This document shows positions 5,901-5,983 of a stretch of 5,983 nt of DNA, one piece after another. Position 1 is the stretch's first letter. Each line of letters begins with the position of its first letter. The stretch covers positions 1-5,983 of the forward strand of contig NW_013657574.1 in assembly GCF_000142905.1 (NCBI RefSeq). The letters run 5' to 3'. This DNA comes from Thecamonas trahens ATCC 50062. Its lineage: Eukaryota; Protista; Apusomonadida. The notes beneath the pieces were generated by a model. It was not told the DNA's origin. It searched no databases and worked only from the letters and a program-made list of their open reading frames with translations. Both the position numbers and the translations under genes were made by a program.

Positions 5901-5983
5901 ATGGCCGAGACTCTCCAGGTCCAGCTGGTCTCGCGGTGCCGCGAGCCGGCCCACAGCAAGGTCCCCTCCTCGCTCTTCTCCGT
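5901..5983 (+). CDS. 5' fragment of a gene running off the window (MAETLQVQLVSRCREPAHSKVPSSLFS...); possibly ribosome biogenesis protein WDR12/Ytm1 (N-terminal ubiquitin-like/NLE domain)
   Basis: Ideal Kozak context accATGG after a C-rich tract, GC3-rich codons, and open to the window end. The pattern Q-V-x-hydrophobic-x-S/T ... V-P/D-x-x-x-F-S-V/I resembles the Ytm1/WDR12 N-terminus (recalled human [25 protein letters not shown]). Only 27 codons are visible, so the product call is tentative. Confidence 0.55.
   Translation, partial: MAETLQVQLVSRCREPAHSKVPSSLFS

Noticed and set aside
1-5983. CRISPR array, tRNA/rRNA, transposon or prokaryotic operon/defence system
   Set aside because: I saw no spaced direct repeats, structural RNA signatures, transposase/RT motifs or terminal repeats, and all recognisable proteins are eukaryotic families.

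Overview
GC-rich, gene-dense, nearly intron-free eukaryotic DNA. It is not prokaryotic; the style suggests a compact protist genome such as an apusomonad, which is an inference only. There are four protein-coding genes. (1) 49..1695 (+) is a TBC1D7-like Rab-GAP-fold protein with two large low-complexity insertions. (2) On the - strand is a long coiled-coil protein with an Arg/Ser/Pro/Gly/Met-rich tail. Its ORF-track start (3867) is GTG; the best model is join(4021..4018,3908..1732), with a 4-nt first coding exon (ATGA) and a 109-nt intron, giving MSFFGWGRRPSFG... (3) 4389..5735 (+) is an Arf-GEF with an unusual F-box + Sec7 + PH architecture and an intact catalytic Glu; this is the most interesting element. 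(4) The first 27 codons of a gene start at 5901, possibly WDR12/Ytm1, preceded by a CCAAT box and five CCATCGC copies. Genes 1 and 2 converge with only 36 nt between stops, and this gap holds a perfect TACTAAC branch point and a 3' splice site on the - strand. Genes 2 and 3 diverge from a ~370-nt region. All family assignments come from motif recognition and remembered sequences; no searches were run.
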